64,000 nt of DNA from Gemmatimonadota bacterium (GCA_009841165.1 VXMI01000066.1:3388-67387); one strand, 5' to 3'; shown: positions 1 to 10,339, numbered from the stretch's first letter. Notes: a model not told the origin generated them from the sequence alone. Translations and numbers: made by a program.

Positions 1-1453
1 CGCTGGCGTCCGGCGGCGGTCTGGTGAAGAGGCTCACCACGATCGTCACCAGAAAGCCCGCCGCAAACCCCGGGATCATCTCGTAGAGGTCGTAAAAGCG
101 TTCTTTCAAGGCAATCCCGCCGCCCTCCGATCCGGGGAGGATGGGCAGCACCCACGCCACCGCGGTCAGGAAACCCGCGATCATGCCCCAGACCGCTCCC
201 GCGCGCGTCGTGCCCCGCCAGAAGAGCGAGCACAGTACGACCGGCGTAAACGCCGAAGCCAGCCCGGACCACGCGAAGAGCACGAACCAGAAGATCATGC
301 GCGACTCGGGCAGAGCCACCGCCAGCCCGCCGAGCCCGATCACCACCGTCAGCCCGCGGCCGATCAGCGCCAGCCGCCGGTCCGAGAAGTCCGGCCGGAA
401 GACCTTCTGCACCGTATCCCGCACCACCGCCGACGACGCCAGGATCAGCAGCGAGTCCACCGTCGACATGATCGCCGCCAGCACCACCACCAGGATCACG
501 CCCGCGATCAGCGCCGGGAAGAACTCGGTCGACATCACCGGGAGCACCGTCTCGGGGTCGGCCAGCCCGGGGAACAGGTAGCGCCCCGCCACACCGGTCA
601 GCACGGCGCCGATGTCGAAGACCACGATGCACAGCACCGCGATCACACCGCCTTCGCCGATCTGGCTCCGATTCCGCGCCGACATGAACCGCGTCAGCAG
701 CTGCGGCGCTCCCAGGAACGCCAGCCCGATGCCCGCGAAGCTGAGCGCGCTGATCACCCCCGCCGCCGACCACCCGTGCTCGCCCATCGGCAGCAGCAGC
801 GCCGGATCGATCTCGCCGATCCCCGCCATCAACTCGCCCCATCCCCCCGCCTGCCAGATCCCGAAGATCGGCAGCAGCAGCAGGCACAGGAACATCAGAA
901 CCCCCTGCACGACGTCGCTGTACGCAACCGCCTTGAAGCCGCCGATGCTCGTGTACAGCAGAATCACCACCGCCCCGAGCAGCACGCCGCCCTCGTAGCT
1001 CGTCCCCAGGAACGACGAAAACGCCTTCCCCGACGCGGTCAGCTGCGCGGCGGTATACGCGCCCACCATCGTGAAGATGATCACCGCGCTCACCAGCCGC
1101 AGCACGTGCGCGCGATCCGCGAACCGGTCCGCCAGGTAGTCCGGCACGGTGATCGCATCGTACCGATCCGTGAACTCCTTGAACGGCCGCGCGACCACCG
1201 ACCACGCCAGCGCGACCCCGATCACCTCGCCCAGCACGACCCACAGCGCGTGGAAGCCGACCAGATACCCCATCCCGGTCAGCCCCAGCAGCAGCCACCC
1301 GCTCTCCCCGGTCGTGTTCGACGAAAACGCGATCACCCACGACGGAAGCTTCTTCCCGGCCACGTAGAACCCCGCCACGGAGCGGCTCTCGCGACTGGCC
1401 CACCAGCCGATCCCGATCAGGATCGTGAAGTATGTGACGAGCACGGCGATCAT
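1..1453 (-). CDS. Sodium:solute symporter (SSS family, PutP/PanF-like); 3' end runs off the window
   Basis: Absent from the ORF track because the frame has no stop inside the window. My translation of the minus strand from the ATG at 1453 gives MIAVLVTYFTILIGIGWWASRESRSVAGFYVAGKKLPSWVIAFSSNTTGESGWLLLGLTG... The frame stays open to base 1 (...YDLYEMIPGFAAGFLVTIVVSLFTRPPPDAS). It is a multi-TM protein with a typical SSS layout. Confidence 0.85.
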   Translation of the reverse strand, partial: MIAVLVTYFTILIGIGWWASRESRSVAGFYVAGKKLPSWVIAFSSNTTGESGWLLLGLTGMGYLVGFHALWVVLGEVIGVALAWSVVARPFKEFTDRYDAITVPDYLADRFADRAHVLRLVSAVIIFTMVGAYTAAQLTASGKAFSSFLGTSYEGGVLLGAVVILLYTSIGGFKAVAYSDVVQGVLMFLCLLLLPIFGIWQAGGWGELMAGIGEIDPALLLPMGEHGWSAAGVISALSFAGIGLAFLGAPQLLTRFMSARNRSQIGEGGVIAVLCIVVFDIGAVLTGVAGRYLFPGLADPETVLPVMSTEFFPALIAGVILVVVLAAIMSTVDSLLILASSAVVRDTVQKVFRPDFSDRRLALIGRGLTVVIGLGGLAVALPESRMIFWFVLFAWSGLASAFTPVVLCSLFWRGTTRAGAVWGMIAGFLTAVAWVLPILPGSEGGGIALKERFYDLYEMIPGFAAGFLVTIVVSLFTRPPPDAS

Positions 1454-1471
1454 CGCACCGCCCCCCCGGCC

Positions 1472-1690
1472 TCACCCACGGCCTGCATCCCCGCGCTGCG
1501 TCGCCTGCGGCGGAGCGCCGCCACTCGGCCGCTGCTCCGTCTCCCGGACATCGCCGCCACCCGGCTGCTGCGCCGCATCCCGCGCGTCACCGTGTCGGTG
1601 CACCCGGTACGCCGCCGTCACCAGCACGATCCCCGGCACGACGGCGAACGCCATAAGCACCCAGGTCCCGACGGGGAGCCCGGCGATCAT
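1472..1690 (-). CDS. Small membrane protein encoded immediately upstream of the symporter (possible accessory subunit)
   Basis: 72-aa ORF with a hydrophobic N-terminus (MIAGLPVGTWVLMAFAVVPGIVLVTAAY). Its stop lies 18 nt before the symporter ATG, on the same strand. Small TM proteins are commonly paired with SSS transporters. Family not verifiable here. Confidence 0.5.
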   Translation of the reverse strand: MIAGLPVGTWVLMAFAVVPGIVLVTAAYRVHRHGDARDAAQQPGGGDVRETEQRPSGGAPPQATQRGDAGRG

Positions 1691-1709
1691 CGGTCGGCCG
1701 GTCCGGCGC

Positions 1710-3032
1710 TCACCGGGCTGCCTCCACCGCGGCGCAGGCCCGGCCCAGGCGCCCGATCACGTCGTCGATCTCGGCCTCCGAGATCAGCAGCGACGGCCCC
1801 AGGCGGATAACGTGGCCGTGCAGTCCCCCGATCCCGATCAGGAGGCCCTCGTCCTTCGCCGCGTTCAGCAGCATGCCCGCCAGGCGCGGCGCGGGCTCCT
1901 TCGTGACCGGGTCCTCCACGAGCTCCAGCGCCTGCATGAGCCCCATCCCGCGCACGTCGCCGATCCAGTGGTGCGTGGCCGCGAGGCCGTCGAGGGCGCG
2001 GCGGAGCTGCTCGCCGCGTTCGCTGGCCCGCGTCCGCACGTCTTCCGCGCGCATCACGTCCAGCGTGGCCACCATGGCGGCCATGCACACAGGGTTGCCC
2101 CCGAACGTCGAGAGCGTCTTTCCGCTCCAGTTGCCCGCGATCTCGTCGGTGGTGATGGTGGCGCCCACGGGCATGCCCCCGGCGATCCCCTTCGCCATGA
2201 CCATGATGTCGGGCACGACCTCCCAGTGCTCGATCCCGAACCAGCGGCCGCCCGTGCGTCCGAACCCCGCCTGCACCTCGTCCGATATGAACAGGCCACC
2301 GTACGACCGGATGATGTCGGCCATCCGCTGGAAGTATCCCCTGGGCGGCACGATGTAGCCGCCGACGCCCTGGATCGTCTCCGCGATGAAGGCGGCGGGG
2401 CGACCGTTCGTCGTCGTCTCGATCACTTCGATCAGGTCGCGCGCGTAGATCTCGACCAGCTCCTCGTCGCTGGACGTGCCGAACGGCGCGCGGTACGGGT
2501 ACGGCGAGAGCGCGTGCGTGATCCCGGTCACCGTGCTCGGAAGGACGCGCCACGGGGCGTGCGCGGTGGCCGAGATGGCCGAACTGGTGCGGCCGTGGTA
2601 CGCCTGGCGCAGCGCGATGATCTCGGTGCGGCCCGTGTGCAGTCGCGCCGCCTGAAGCGCGGTCTCGATCGCCTCCGCGCCGCTGTTCAGGAAGAAGGTG
2701 CGGGTGAGGCCGCCCGGCGCGATTTGGGCCAGGGACCGCGCTGCCTCGACCTGACGTTGGTTGACGTACAGCGTCGAGGTGTGCCCGAGGCGGGCCGCCT
2801 GCGCCTGCACGGCCCCGACCACGGCGGGATGGCAGTGGCCCAGCGACGTCGTGAGGATCCCCGCGAAGGCATCCAGGTACTCGCGCCCGTCGGCGTCCCT
2901 CACCCAACACCCCCTGCCCTCGGCGATCGCCACCGGTTCCTGGTACAGGGGCGTCACGCAGTCGAAGATGTACTTGCGCTGCTCGGCGAGGATCCCGGCG
3001 CCGCGGCTTGCTACTGCTTCCATTTGCTCCAT
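1710..3032 (-). CDS. Class-III (omega-amino acid / beta-alanine-pyruvate type) PLP aminotransferase
   Basis: C-terminal 440 aa of track ORF 1710..4457: MEQMEAVASRGAGILAEQRKYIFDCVTPLY...LNSGAEAIETALQAAR...FISDEVQAGFGRTGGRWFGIEHW...MAKGIAGGMP. The start ATG at 3032 is 11 nt after the mmsA stop. The upstream 475 aa of the track ORF are Arg/Gly-rich shadow sequence overlapping mmsA. Confidence 0.9.
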   Translation of the reverse strand: MEQMEAVASRGAGILAEQRKYIFDCVTPLYQEPVAIAEGRGCWVRDADGREYLDAFAGILTTSLGHCHPAVVGAVQAQAARLGHTSTLYVNQRQVEAARSLAQIAPGGLTRTFFLNSGAEAIETALQAARLHTGRTEIIALRQAYHGRTSSAISATAHAPWRVLPSTVTGITHALSPYPYRAPFGTSSDEELVEIYARDLIEVIETTTNGRPAAFIAETIQGVGGYIVPPRGYFQRMADIIRSYGGLFISDEVQAGFGRTGGRWFGIEHWEVVPDIMVMAKGIAGGMPVGATITTDEIAGNWSGKTLSTFGGNPVCMAAMVATLDVMRAEDVRTRASERGEQLRRALDGLAATHHWIGDVRGMGLMQALELVEDPVTKEPAPRLAGMLLNAAKDEGLLIGIGGLHGHVIRLGPSLLISEAEIDDVIGRLGRACAAVEAAR

Positions 3033-3043
3033 CCCGTGTTGGT

Positions 3044-4504
3044 CTACCAGCGGGAAATCACCACCCGCTGATCGGTGAAGAACGAGACCGCGTCCCGGCC
3101 CTGTGCCTTGAGGTCGCCGTAGAAGGAGTTGCGGGTGCCGCCGAACGGGAAGAACGCCATCGGCGCGGCGACCCCGATGTTGACCCCGATCATCGAGATC
3201 CCGGCACGGTAGCGGAACTCCCGCGCGGCACGGCCCGAATTGGTGAAGATCGACGCCGCGTTGCCGTACCTGCTCTTCGCCAGCATCTCGAGCGCGGCCT
3301 CCAGGCTCGGGGCCCTGGCCAGCCCGGCGACCGGTCCGAACACCTCTTCCCGGCCGATCGGCATCTCGGGCGTGACGTCCTCGAAGACGGTGGGGCCGAC
3401 CCAGTGACCGTGCGGGTAGCCCGGAACGCGCAAGCCGCGCCCGTCCATGAGCAGCCGCGCGCCGTCGCGCTCGCCCTCGTCGATGAACCCGTTGACCCGG
3501 TCGCGGTGCGCGCCCGAGATCACGGGCCCCATGTCCACGCCATCGTCGAGGCCCCGGCCCACCTGCAGCGACGCCGCGCCGTCCAGGATGCCGTCGCGCA
3601 TCGGCCCGTACGCGTCGCCGACGCCGACCACGACCGACCCCGCCAGGCAGCGCTGGCCCGCGGACCCGAACACCGAGCCCACGACCGCGTCCGCCACCAT
3701 CTCCGGATCGGCGTCGGGCAGCACGATCATGTGGTTCTTGGCGCCGCCCAGCGCCTGCACCCGCTTGCCGGCGAGCGCGGCCCGCTCGTAGATGATCTTT
3801 GCCACCTGGCTCGACCCCACGAACGAGACCCCCGCCACGTCGGGGTGGTCGATCAGCGCCTCCACAGTCCCCTTGCGGCCGTGCACCACGTTGAGCACGC
3901 CGGGCGGCAGCCCCGCCTGCTCCGCCAGTTCCACCACGCGCTGGTGCGTGAGCGGATCCTGCTCGCTGGGCTTGAGCACGACCGTGTTGCCGGCGGCGAC
4001 CGCGTACGGCCAGAACCAGAGCGGGATCATCACGGGGAAGTTGTACGGGGTGATCACCGCGAAGACCCCGACGGGCTGCCGCACCGTCTCGCAGTCGACG
4101 CCGCGCGCGATGTCTTCCAGCGTGTCGCCCATCATCAGGGTGGGCATCCCGGCCGCGTGCTCCACGTTCTCGATGCCGCGCTGCACCTCGCCCCACGTCT
4201 CCGCGACGTTCTTGCCGTGTTCGCGCGAGAGGCTCACCGCGAGTTCGTCGTGGTGCTCGTCCAGCAGCGCCTTGAGGCGGAAGAATACCCGAGCGCGCTC
4301 CGGGACGGGGGTGCGGCGCCAGGCGGGGAAGGCCGCGACGGCCGCCGCGACCGCGCGGTCCACGTCGCTTCGGCCCGAGACGGGGACGGCACCAAGGGTC
4401 TTGCCGGTCGCCGGGTCGGTGACGGCGAGATTCTCGCAGGCGTCGGGTGTCACCCAACTCCCCGCTACGTAGTTGGCCGCGAGGCCGTGTGAGGTGGTCG
4501 GCAT
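3044..4504 (-). CDS. mmsA: Methylmalonate-semialdehyde dehydrogenase (CoA-acylating), ALDH superfamily
   Basis: 486 aa. Contains FAVITPYNFPVMIPLWFWPYAVAAGNTVVLKPSEQDP, GSAGQRCLAGS (catalytic Cys region) and EEVFGPV. Ends with ...FFTDQRVVISRW, typical of MmsA. Confidence 0.9.
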   Translation of the reverse strand: MPTTSHGLAANYVAGSWVTPDACENLAVTDPATGKTLGAVPVSGRSDVDRAVAAAVAAFPAWRRTPVPERARVFFRLKALLDEHHDELAVSLSREHGKNVAETWGEVQRGIENVEHAAGMPTLMMGDTLEDIARGVDCETVRQPVGVFAVITPYNFPVMIPLWFWPYAVAAGNTVVLKPSEQDPLTHQRVVELAEQAGLPPGVLNVVHGRKGTVEALIDHPDVAGVSFVGSSQVAKIIYERAALAGKRVQALGGAKNHMIVLPDADPEMVADAVVGSVFGSAGQRCLAGSVVVGVGDAYGPMRDGILDGAASLQVGRGLDDGVDMGPVISGAHRDRVNGFIDEGERDGARLLMDGRGLRVPGYPHGHWVGPTVFEDVTPEMPIGREEVFGPVAGLARAPSLEAALEMLAKSRYGNAASIFTNSGRAAREFRYRAGISMIGVNIGVAAPMAFFPFGGTRNSFYGDLKAQGRDAVSFFTDQRVVISRW

Positions 4505-4508
4505 TTCC

Positions 4509-4985
4509 CTACACCTCCTCGGAGGACGTGGCGGCCATGCCCACGATGTGCTCGTATTCGTCCTTCGTGACAGGCTGGACCGAGAGACGGCTGCGGTTCA
4601 CCAGGACCATCTTGGCGAGCTCGGGGGTCGCGCGGATGCGGGGCAGCGTGATCTCGCGCTCGAACTTCTCGATGAAGCGGATGTCGACCATGAACCAGCG
4701 GGGATTCTCGTCGGTCGCCTTGGGGTCGAAGTACTTGCTGGACGGGTCGAACTGCGTGTGGTCCGGGTAGGACTCGCGGCAGACCTCGGCGATTCCGGCG
4801 ACCCCCGGGGGCTTGGCGTTCGAGTGGTAGTAGAGCACGCGGTCGCCGATCCGCATTCTGTCGCGCATGAGGTTGCGGGCGGCGTAGTTGCGGACGCCGT
4901 CCCAGTAGGTGGTGCCGTCGCGCTCGAGGTCGTCGATCGAATAGACGTAGGGCTCGCTCTTCATGAGCCAGTGCTGGCGGGGCAT
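4509..4985 (-). CDS. EVE (PUA-like) domain protein
   Basis: 158 aa: MPRQHWLMKSEPYVYSIDDLERDGTTYWDGVRNYAARNLMRDRMRIGDRVLYYHSN. This is the classic EVE/THUMP-like N-terminus. GGAGGAG lies 9 nt upstream of the ATG. Confidence 0.85.
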   Translation of the reverse strand: MPRQHWLMKSEPYVYSIDDLERDGTTYWDGVRNYAARNLMRDRMRIGDRVLYYHSNAKPPGVAGIAEVCRESYPDHTQFDPSSKYFDPKATDENPRWFMVDIRFIEKFEREITLPRIRATPELAKMVLVNRSRLSVQPVTKDEYEHIVGMAATSSEEV

Positions 4986-4991
4986 TGGGAG

Positions 4992-6266
4992 TTACTCCTC
5001 CTGGTCCTGGTCCTGTCGGTCCTGTTGCGGATCGGCCTGTTCCTGCGTACGCGCCTGCAGCGGCTCGGTCAGGCGCGCGGCAACGTAGCCGTCAACGCCG
5101 CCCGGGAGACGCACGCGGTACCACTCCCCCGCTGCGCCCACGACGCGGAGCGGAGCGTCCGGATCGAGTTCGCCCAGGATATCCTCGCGGGTGCCCGGCC
5201 CGGCGCGGAGCCGGATTCCCTCATTGCGCGGCTGCACGCGGGCTCCGAGGAGCGCCGCGTCGGCCGTTTGCTCGGCGAATTGCGTGCGGGGCGCCGTGAG
5301 GAAGGGAAAGGGATCGAGAGGGCCCTCGCCCCGGCGATAGATACCGAAGTGCAGATGCGGCGGCGTGGTGCGCGCGTTCCCGGTGTTGCCTACGAAGCCG
5401 ATCGTGTCGCCCGGTTCGACGAGGTCTCCGTCGCTCACGTGCTGGCTGTCGAGGTGCGCGTAGTAGATGCTGGCGCCGCGTTGCCGGTCGCGGAGCCACA
5501 CCACCTTGCCGCCGATCCGCGTGTTGCGAACGCGATCCGCCCGCCCCGCCGCGACGGCAAGCACGGGGGTGCCGCGCCTGGCGAAGATGTCGACCCCGTG
5601 GTGCCGGCGCCTTCCACCGTCCCGGGGCGCCCCGAAGAAGCTCAGGATCGAAGGCGCGGAGTGTCCCTCGACGGGAAAGGCGAACACGTTGTCCTCGCCG
5701 AGGGCGACGCGGAAGCTGCCGCCCCTGAGGAGTTCGGGCTGCACACGCAGGACGTAGTCGCCACCCCTCCAGGGGTCCTCGTGGCTGAAGGTGCGGGACA
5801 GCGAATCCGACGAGAACACGGGCCTCGGCGGGTTGTCGCCGCTCGCCGGCAGCCTGAAGAGGTCGATGAAGAGGCGGGTGTCCTCATCGGAATCGAGGGA
5901 GACGGCGAAGGTGAGCTTGCGACCCCGCGGGATGTGGATGCGGTACGCCACCGCCGATGGCTCTTCGGGCGTAATGTACCCCTCTTCTTCGAACGGTGGT
6001 GTAACCGTGACCGGTTGCTTCAGCGCGCTTTGCCCGGCTGCCTTCCAGTCGCGCACCAGCGCCGTTTCGCCGAGCCCCGCGGCTGCCAGCGAGGCCTGGT
6101 AGGCTTCGTATGGAGTGAGGTCGCGGAAGCTGTCCTCAAGCACTTCTACCTGCTCGCACGCCGCCAGTGCCGCAGTTGCGGCGAGGACGCCGAGATGACA
6201 CCGCCGTCGACCGCCCCGTTTCGTCGCGGACCGATTGCCGCTCGAGCGAAGCAGGGCTGGCGTCAC
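4992..6266 (-). CDS. M23 family metallopeptidase lipoprotein with C-terminal SH3b-like domain and acidic Q/D-rich tail
   Basis: HHGVDIFARRGTPVLAVAAG...YYAHLD...GNTGNARTTPPHLHFGIY are the M23 motifs. The lipoprotein-like signal is GVLAATAALAAC. The SH3b-like segment is GEWYRVRLPGGVDGYV. The track ORF (to 6596) overlaps pckA. The only in-frame start after the pckA stop is the GTG at 6266, so the start is uncertain. Confidence 0.8.
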   Translation of the reverse strand: MTPALLRSSGNRSATKRGGRRRCHLGVLAATAALAACEQVEVLEDSFRDLTPYEAYQASLAAAGLGETALVRDWKAAGQSALKQPVTVTPPFEEEGYITPEEPSAVAYRIHIPRGRKLTFAVSLDSDEDTRLFIDLFRLPASGDNPPRPVFSSDSLSRTFSHEDPWRGGDYVLRVQPELLRGGSFRVALGEDNVFAFPVEGHSAPSILSFFGAPRDGGRRRHHGVDIFARRGTPVLAVAAGRADRVRNTRIGGKVVWLRDRQRGASIYYAHLDSQHVSDGDLVEPGDTIGFVGNTGNARTTPPHLHFGIYRRGEGPLDPFPFLTAPRTQFAEQTADAALLGARVQPRNEGIRLRAGPGTREDILGELDPDAPLRVVGAAGEWYRVRLPGGVDGYVAARLTEPLQARTQEQADPQQDRQDQDQEE

Positions 6267-6274
6267 GCGCTGGC

Positions 6275-7867
6275 CTACGCGGGACCGGCCGCCTTCACTG
6301 CCCCGGACACCTGGCCAGCGAAGCGCACGAAGTTGCGCTTGAACATGGCAGCCAGCTCGGCGGCGGCCGAATCGTAGGCGGCGCCGTCGCTCCAGGTGCC
6401 GCGTGGCAGCAGGACGTCGTCGGGTACCCCTGGCACATGCTGCGGCAAGCGCAGGCCGAAGACCGGATCGACGGTCTGCGGGACGTTGTCCAGGTCGCCG
6501 TCGAGGGCTGCCGCCAGCATGGCGCGGGTGTAGCCGAGCTTCATGCGGGTGCCGACTCCGTAGCGCCCACCCGTCCAGCCGGTATTGACGAGCCACACCC
6601 GGGCAGCGTGCTCGCGCGTCCTCCTGCCGAGCAGGTCCGCGTACACGCCCGCGGGCCGCGGAAGAAACGGCGCTCCGAAACAGGCGCTGAAGGCCGCGCG
6701 CGGTTCGGTGACGCCCCTTTCCGTGCCCGCAACCTTGGCCGTGTAGCCGGAGAGGAAATGGTACATGGCCTGTGCGGTGTCGAGCCTGGCGATCGGGGGA
6801 AGCACGCCGAAGGCGTCGGCGGTGAGGAATACGACGTTGCTCGGGTGGCCGCCCTGGCCGGACGGCACCGCGTTGGCGATGAAGTGAATCGGGTAGGAGG
6901 CACGGGTGTTCTCGGTGATCTCGGCCGAGTCGTAGTCGATCTCCCGCGTGTGTTCGTCCAGGATGACGTTTTCGAGGATGGTCCCGAACCTGCGTGTGGC
7001 GCGGTAGATGTCGGGCTCTCCCTCGGGGGACAGACGGATCGTCTTGGCGTAGCAGCCCCCCTCGAAGTTGAAGACGCCGTCGTCGCTCCAGCCGTGTTCG
7101 TCGTCGCCGATCAGCTGCCGGTCCGGGTTGGCCGAAAGCGTGGTCTTGCCGGTTCCCGAAAGGCCGAAGAAGAGTGCGGTGTCGCCCGCCGCGCCGATGT
7201 TGGCGGAGCAGTGCATGGGCAGGACGCCGCGGGCGGGCAGCATGAAGTTCAGCGCCGAGAAGATGGACTTCTTGATCTCGCCGGCGTAGGCGGTGCCGCC
7301 CACAAGCACCACCCTCTCGCTGAAGTTGACGACGATGAAGGCACCCGAATTGGTGCCGTGACGGCGGGGGTCGGCCTTGAGCGACGGGGCGTGGTATACG
7401 ATGAAGTCCGGGGAGAAGTCCGCTTCCTCGCCCGGATCCAGGCGCAGGAACATGTTGTAGGCGAACAGGTCGTGCCAGGGACTTTCCGATATGACGCGCA
7501 CCCGGATCCCGTAGCGCGGGTCGGCCCCGGCCTTGGCGTCGCGGACGTACAGATCGCGGTTGTTCAGATGATCGATGATTCCGGCCTTGAGGAGCTGGTA
7601 GTGCCCTTCGGCGATCGACACATTCACGTCTCCCCAGTCGATGAGGCCGCCGGTCCCTGCCTCCCGCACCACGAAGCGGTCGTTGGGGGAGCGGCCGGTG
7701 TGGGGCGCGGTCAGGGTTACGAGTCCGCCGCCGTGCGCGAGCCGCCCCGTGCCGAGTCGCAGCGTTTCTTCGTAGAGCTCTCCGGGCGACAGGTTGCGAC
7801 GAATCCGCCCCCTGGGAGTCATTCCCTCGCCGCGCAGAGCCGTGGTCGGTGCTTCTGCAACAAGCAT
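6275..7867 (-). CDS. pckA: Phosphoenolpyruvate carboxykinase (ATP)
   Basis: Last 530 aa of track ORF 6275..8728: ...TGRSPNDRFVV...FFGLSGTGKTTLSANPDRQLIGDDEHGW...NTGWTGG. Start taken as the ATG at 7867 (MLVAEAPTT). The upstream part of the ORF is shadow sequence overlapping maeB. Confidence 0.93.
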   Translation of the reverse strand: MLVAEAPTTALRGEGMTPRGRIRRNLSPGELYEETLRLGTGRLAHGGGLVTLTAPHTGRSPNDRFVVREAGTGGLIDWGDVNVSIAEGHYQLLKAGIIDHLNNRDLYVRDAKAGADPRYGIRVRVISESPWHDLFAYNMFLRLDPGEEADFSPDFIVYHAPSLKADPRRHGTNSGAFIVVNFSERVVLVGGTAYAGEIKKSIFSALNFMLPARGVLPMHCSANIGAAGDTALFFGLSGTGKTTLSANPDRQLIGDDEHGWSDDGVFNFEGGCYAKTIRLSPEGEPDIYRATRRFGTILENVILDEHTREIDYDSAEITENTRASYPIHFIANAVPSGQGGHPSNVVFLTADAFGVLPPIARLDTAQAMYHFLSGYTAKVAGTERGVTEPRAAFSACFGAPFLPRPAGVYADLLGRRTREHAARVWLVNTGWTGGRYGVGTRMKLGYTRAMLAAALDGDLDNVPQTVDPVFGLRLPQHVPGVPDDVLLPRGTWSDGAAYDSAAAELAAMFKRNFVRFAGQVSGAVKAAGPA

Positions 7868-7896
7868 TTCTCTATCCGTAACTCGCGGTTGTTCGG

Positions 7897-10200
7897 TCAA
7901 TCCGCGGCGGTGCCCTTTGCATCCGCCAATCTGGTAATGTGATTCCGCTCGGTCCGTGCGTCTACCGATGCGATGCCGATGAGGTGCACCACTTCGAGCA
8001 CGGAACTCCCCCGCTGAAGGATGTGAACCGGCTTGTCCATGCCCAGAAGGATGGGACCGATGACCTCGGCGTTGCCCAGTTGGCTGATCAGCTTGTAGCA
8101 GGCGTTGGAAGCGCTGAGGGTGGGAAAGACCAGGACGTTGGCGGGCCCCGTCAGATCGCTGAAGGGGTACGTTTCCGCGATGATGCGCGGGTCGACCGCC
8201 ACGTCCGCCTGCATTTCTCCGTCCACCGCGAGACCCGGTGCCAGCCGCTTGACCCACTTCACCGCTTCCCGGACCTTCGCCGCTTCGGGGTGCCGTACCG
8301 ACCCGAAGTTCGAGAAGGACAGCATCCCGATTCGCGGCTGAATCCCCAGGTCGCCCACGAATCGCGCTGCCGATATCGCGATCTCGGCGAGCGTCGCCGG
8401 GTCGGGGTCGATGTTGACCGTGGTGTCGGCGAAGAAGAGCGGGTCGCGGTCGCGGAAGGCGACGATGTGAAGCCCCGACACCTTGTTCACCGTGGGTGAA
8501 GTGCCGATAACCTCCAGCGCCGGCCTCAGGATCTCCGGGTAGTTGGAGTCGATTCCCGCCACCATCGCGTCCGCGTCGCCCGCCCGCACCATCATGGACG
8601 CGAAGTAGACGGGCTGGTAGGCTCGAGCGCGCGCTTCGGCCAGCGTCAGTCCCTTGCGGGCCCGCCGCCGGTGGAAGTCGTCGGCGTACGCGTAGCGGGC
8701 CTCCTCCACCGATGGCGGATGGATGCACTCCACACCGCTCAGGTCGATCCCGAGTTCGTCGGCGAAGCGGTGGATCTTCTCCGGATTCCCGATCAGGACG
8801 ATGCGCGCCGTCCCTTCCTGGACGACCTGCGCCGCCGCGCGCATCACGCGCTCGTTGTATCCGTCGGCGAGCACGATTCGCGCGGGCTCCTTCCTGGCTC
8901 GTCCCAGGATACCCCGCATCGCCTCCCGGCCGGGTCCCAGGCTCGCCTCGAGCCTGTGGCTGTATTCCTCCAGGTCGAGCGCGGTCCGCGCGACGCCGGA
9001 CTCCATCGCGGCCTTGGCCACGGCGGGTGACACGTGCAGCAACACCCTGGGATCGAACGGCTTCGGGATCAGATACTCCGGCCCGAACTCGAAGGCGTCG
9101 TCGCCGTATGCCTTGAGCACCGATTCCGGGACATCGTCGCGCGCCAGTTCGGCAAGTGCCCGGGTGGCGGCGAGCATCATCTTCTGGTTGATCCTGCGGG
9201 CTCTCACGTCGAGTGCGCCGCGGAAGAGAAAGGGGAACCCGAGTACGTTGTTGACCTGGTTGGGATAGTCGGACCTGCCGGTCGCGGTGATCGCGTCGTC
9301 GCGGACCTGGGCGACATCTTCCGGGGTCACCTCGGGATCGGGATTCGCCAGCGCGAAGATGATCGGGCGGGGGGCCATGGACGCCACCATCTCCGGCGTG
9401 ATCACCCCCTTGGCCGACAGTCCGATGACCACGTCGGCGCCGGCCATGGCCTCGGCCAGAGTCCGTTCCGGCCGGTTCGTGGCGAAGGGGAGCTTGTATT
9501 CGTTCATCCCGTTCTCGCGCCCCTCATGGATCACGCCGGCCCGGTCGACCATGAGCATGTTCCGGGCCCGGACGCCCAGCCGGAGGCAGTGGCGCGCCGT
9601 GGCGAGGGCGGAGGCCCCTGCACCGCTGAACACCACCCTGGCTTCCGCCATGTCGCGGCCCGAGATCTCGATGGCGTTCAGGAGCGCCGCACCGGCGATG
9701 ATCGCGGTGCCGTGCTGGTCGTCGTGAAAAACCGGGATCCGCATGGTCCTTCGCAGGGTCTCCTCGATGAGGAAGCACTCGGGAGCCCGGATGTCCTCGA
9801 GGTTGATGCCGCCCACCGTGGGTTCCAGCAACTGACAGAAGCGGATGACTTCGTGCGGATCCTCAGTCCCGATCTCGATGTCGAAGACGTCGATCCCCGC
9901 GAATTTCTTGAAGAGGACGCCCTTGCCTTCCATGACCGGCTTGGCGGCCATCGCCCCGATGTTCCCGAGGCCCAGCACGGCGGTTCCGTTGGATACCACG
10001 GCAACGAGGTTCCCGCGGGCCGTGTAGCGGAAAACCTCTTCCGGATCCCGATGGATGGCCATGCACGGTTCGGCCACGCCGGGGCTGTACGCGAGCGTGA
10101 GGTCTCTCTGTGTTGCGACCGCTTTCGTGGGAACGACCTCAATCTTCCCGGGGCGGCCCTCGGCGTGATACTCGAGTGCGTCGCTTTCGAAGCCCGACAA
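7897..10200 (-). CDS. maeB: NADP-dependent malic enzyme with C-terminal phosphotransacetylase-like domain (MaeB type)
   Basis: [39 protein letters not shown]...[15 protein letters not shown]..., followed by a PTA-like C-terminal half. The longest ORF starts at the GTG at 10239. I prefer the in-frame TTG at 10200 because GAGGAG sits 6 nt upstream of it. Confidence 0.92.
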   Translation of the reverse strand: MSGFESDALEYHAEGRPGKIEVVPTKAVATQRDLTLAYSPGVAEPCMAIHRDPEEVFRYTARGNLVAVVSNGTAVLGLGNIGAMAAKPVMEGKGVLFKKFAGIDVFDIEIGTEDPHEVIRFCQLLEPTVGGINLEDIRAPECFLIEETLRRTMRIPVFHDDQHGTAIIAGAALLNAIEISGRDMAEARVVFSGAGASALATARHCLRLGVRARNMLMVDRAGVIHEGRENGMNEYKLPFATNRPERTLAEAMAGADVVIGLSAKGVITPEMVASMAPRPIIFALANPDPEVTPEDVAQVRDDAITATGRSDYPNQVNNVLGFPFLFRGALDVRARRINQKMMLAATRALAELARDDVPESVLKAYGDDAFEFGPEYLIPKPFDPRVLLHVSPAVAKAAMESGVARTALDLEEYSHRLEASLGPGREAMRGILGRARKEPARIVLADGYNERVMRAAAQVVQEGTARIVLIGNPEKIHRFADELGIDLSGVECIHPPSVEEARYAYADDFHRRRARKGLTLAEARARAYQPVYFASMMVRAGDADAMVAGIDSNYPEILRPALEVIGTSPTVNKVSGLHIVAFRDRDPLFFADTTVNIDPDPATLAEIAISAARFVGDLGIQPRIGMLSFSNFGSVRHPEAAKVREAVKWVKRLAPGLAVDGEMQADVAVDPRIIAETYPFSDLTGPANVLVFPTLSASNACYKLISQLGNAEVIGPILLGMDKPVHILQRGSSVLEVVHLIGIASVDARTERNHITRLADAKGTAAD

Positions 10201-10309
10201 CGATGTCTCCTCGTGTTCGGAGCGGCTTTCATCGGCCACTCCGCGCTGCTGGTTCTGGATTCGTCTCGATCCTGAAGGGGTCGGCCTACGGCTTCCCCGC
10301 CGGGAAGTG

Positions 10310-10339
10310 ATCCTACCGGAGCCGCCGAAGCCGCGTCAA
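10310..10339 (-). promoter_or_regulatory. Candidate sigma-70-type promoter for maeB (TTGACG-N18-TAGGAT)
   Basis: The minus strand reads ATTGACGCGGCTTCGGCGGCTCCGGTAGGATCACTT. It lies about 100 nt upstream of the maeB start. Confidence 0.35.

Noticed and set aside
3033-4457. N-terminal 475 aa of track ORF 1710..4457. Analogous extensions occur for pckA (to 8728), the M23 gene (to 6596), the lipoprotein (from 51583), thrS (from 52143), the trmJ-like gene (from 29839) and the BNR gene (to 60233).
   Set aside because: The extensions overlap neighbouring well-supported genes and are Arg/Gly-rich. Internal starts with SD motifs, signal peptides or stop/start coupling fit much better.
4995-5045. Imperfect GTCCTG-type hexanucleotide repeats at the 3' end of the M23 gene.
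   Set aside because: The repeats are degenerate and simply encode a low-complexity acidic/Gln tail (…QEQADPQQDRQDQDQEE). I saw no evidence of a functional repeat element.
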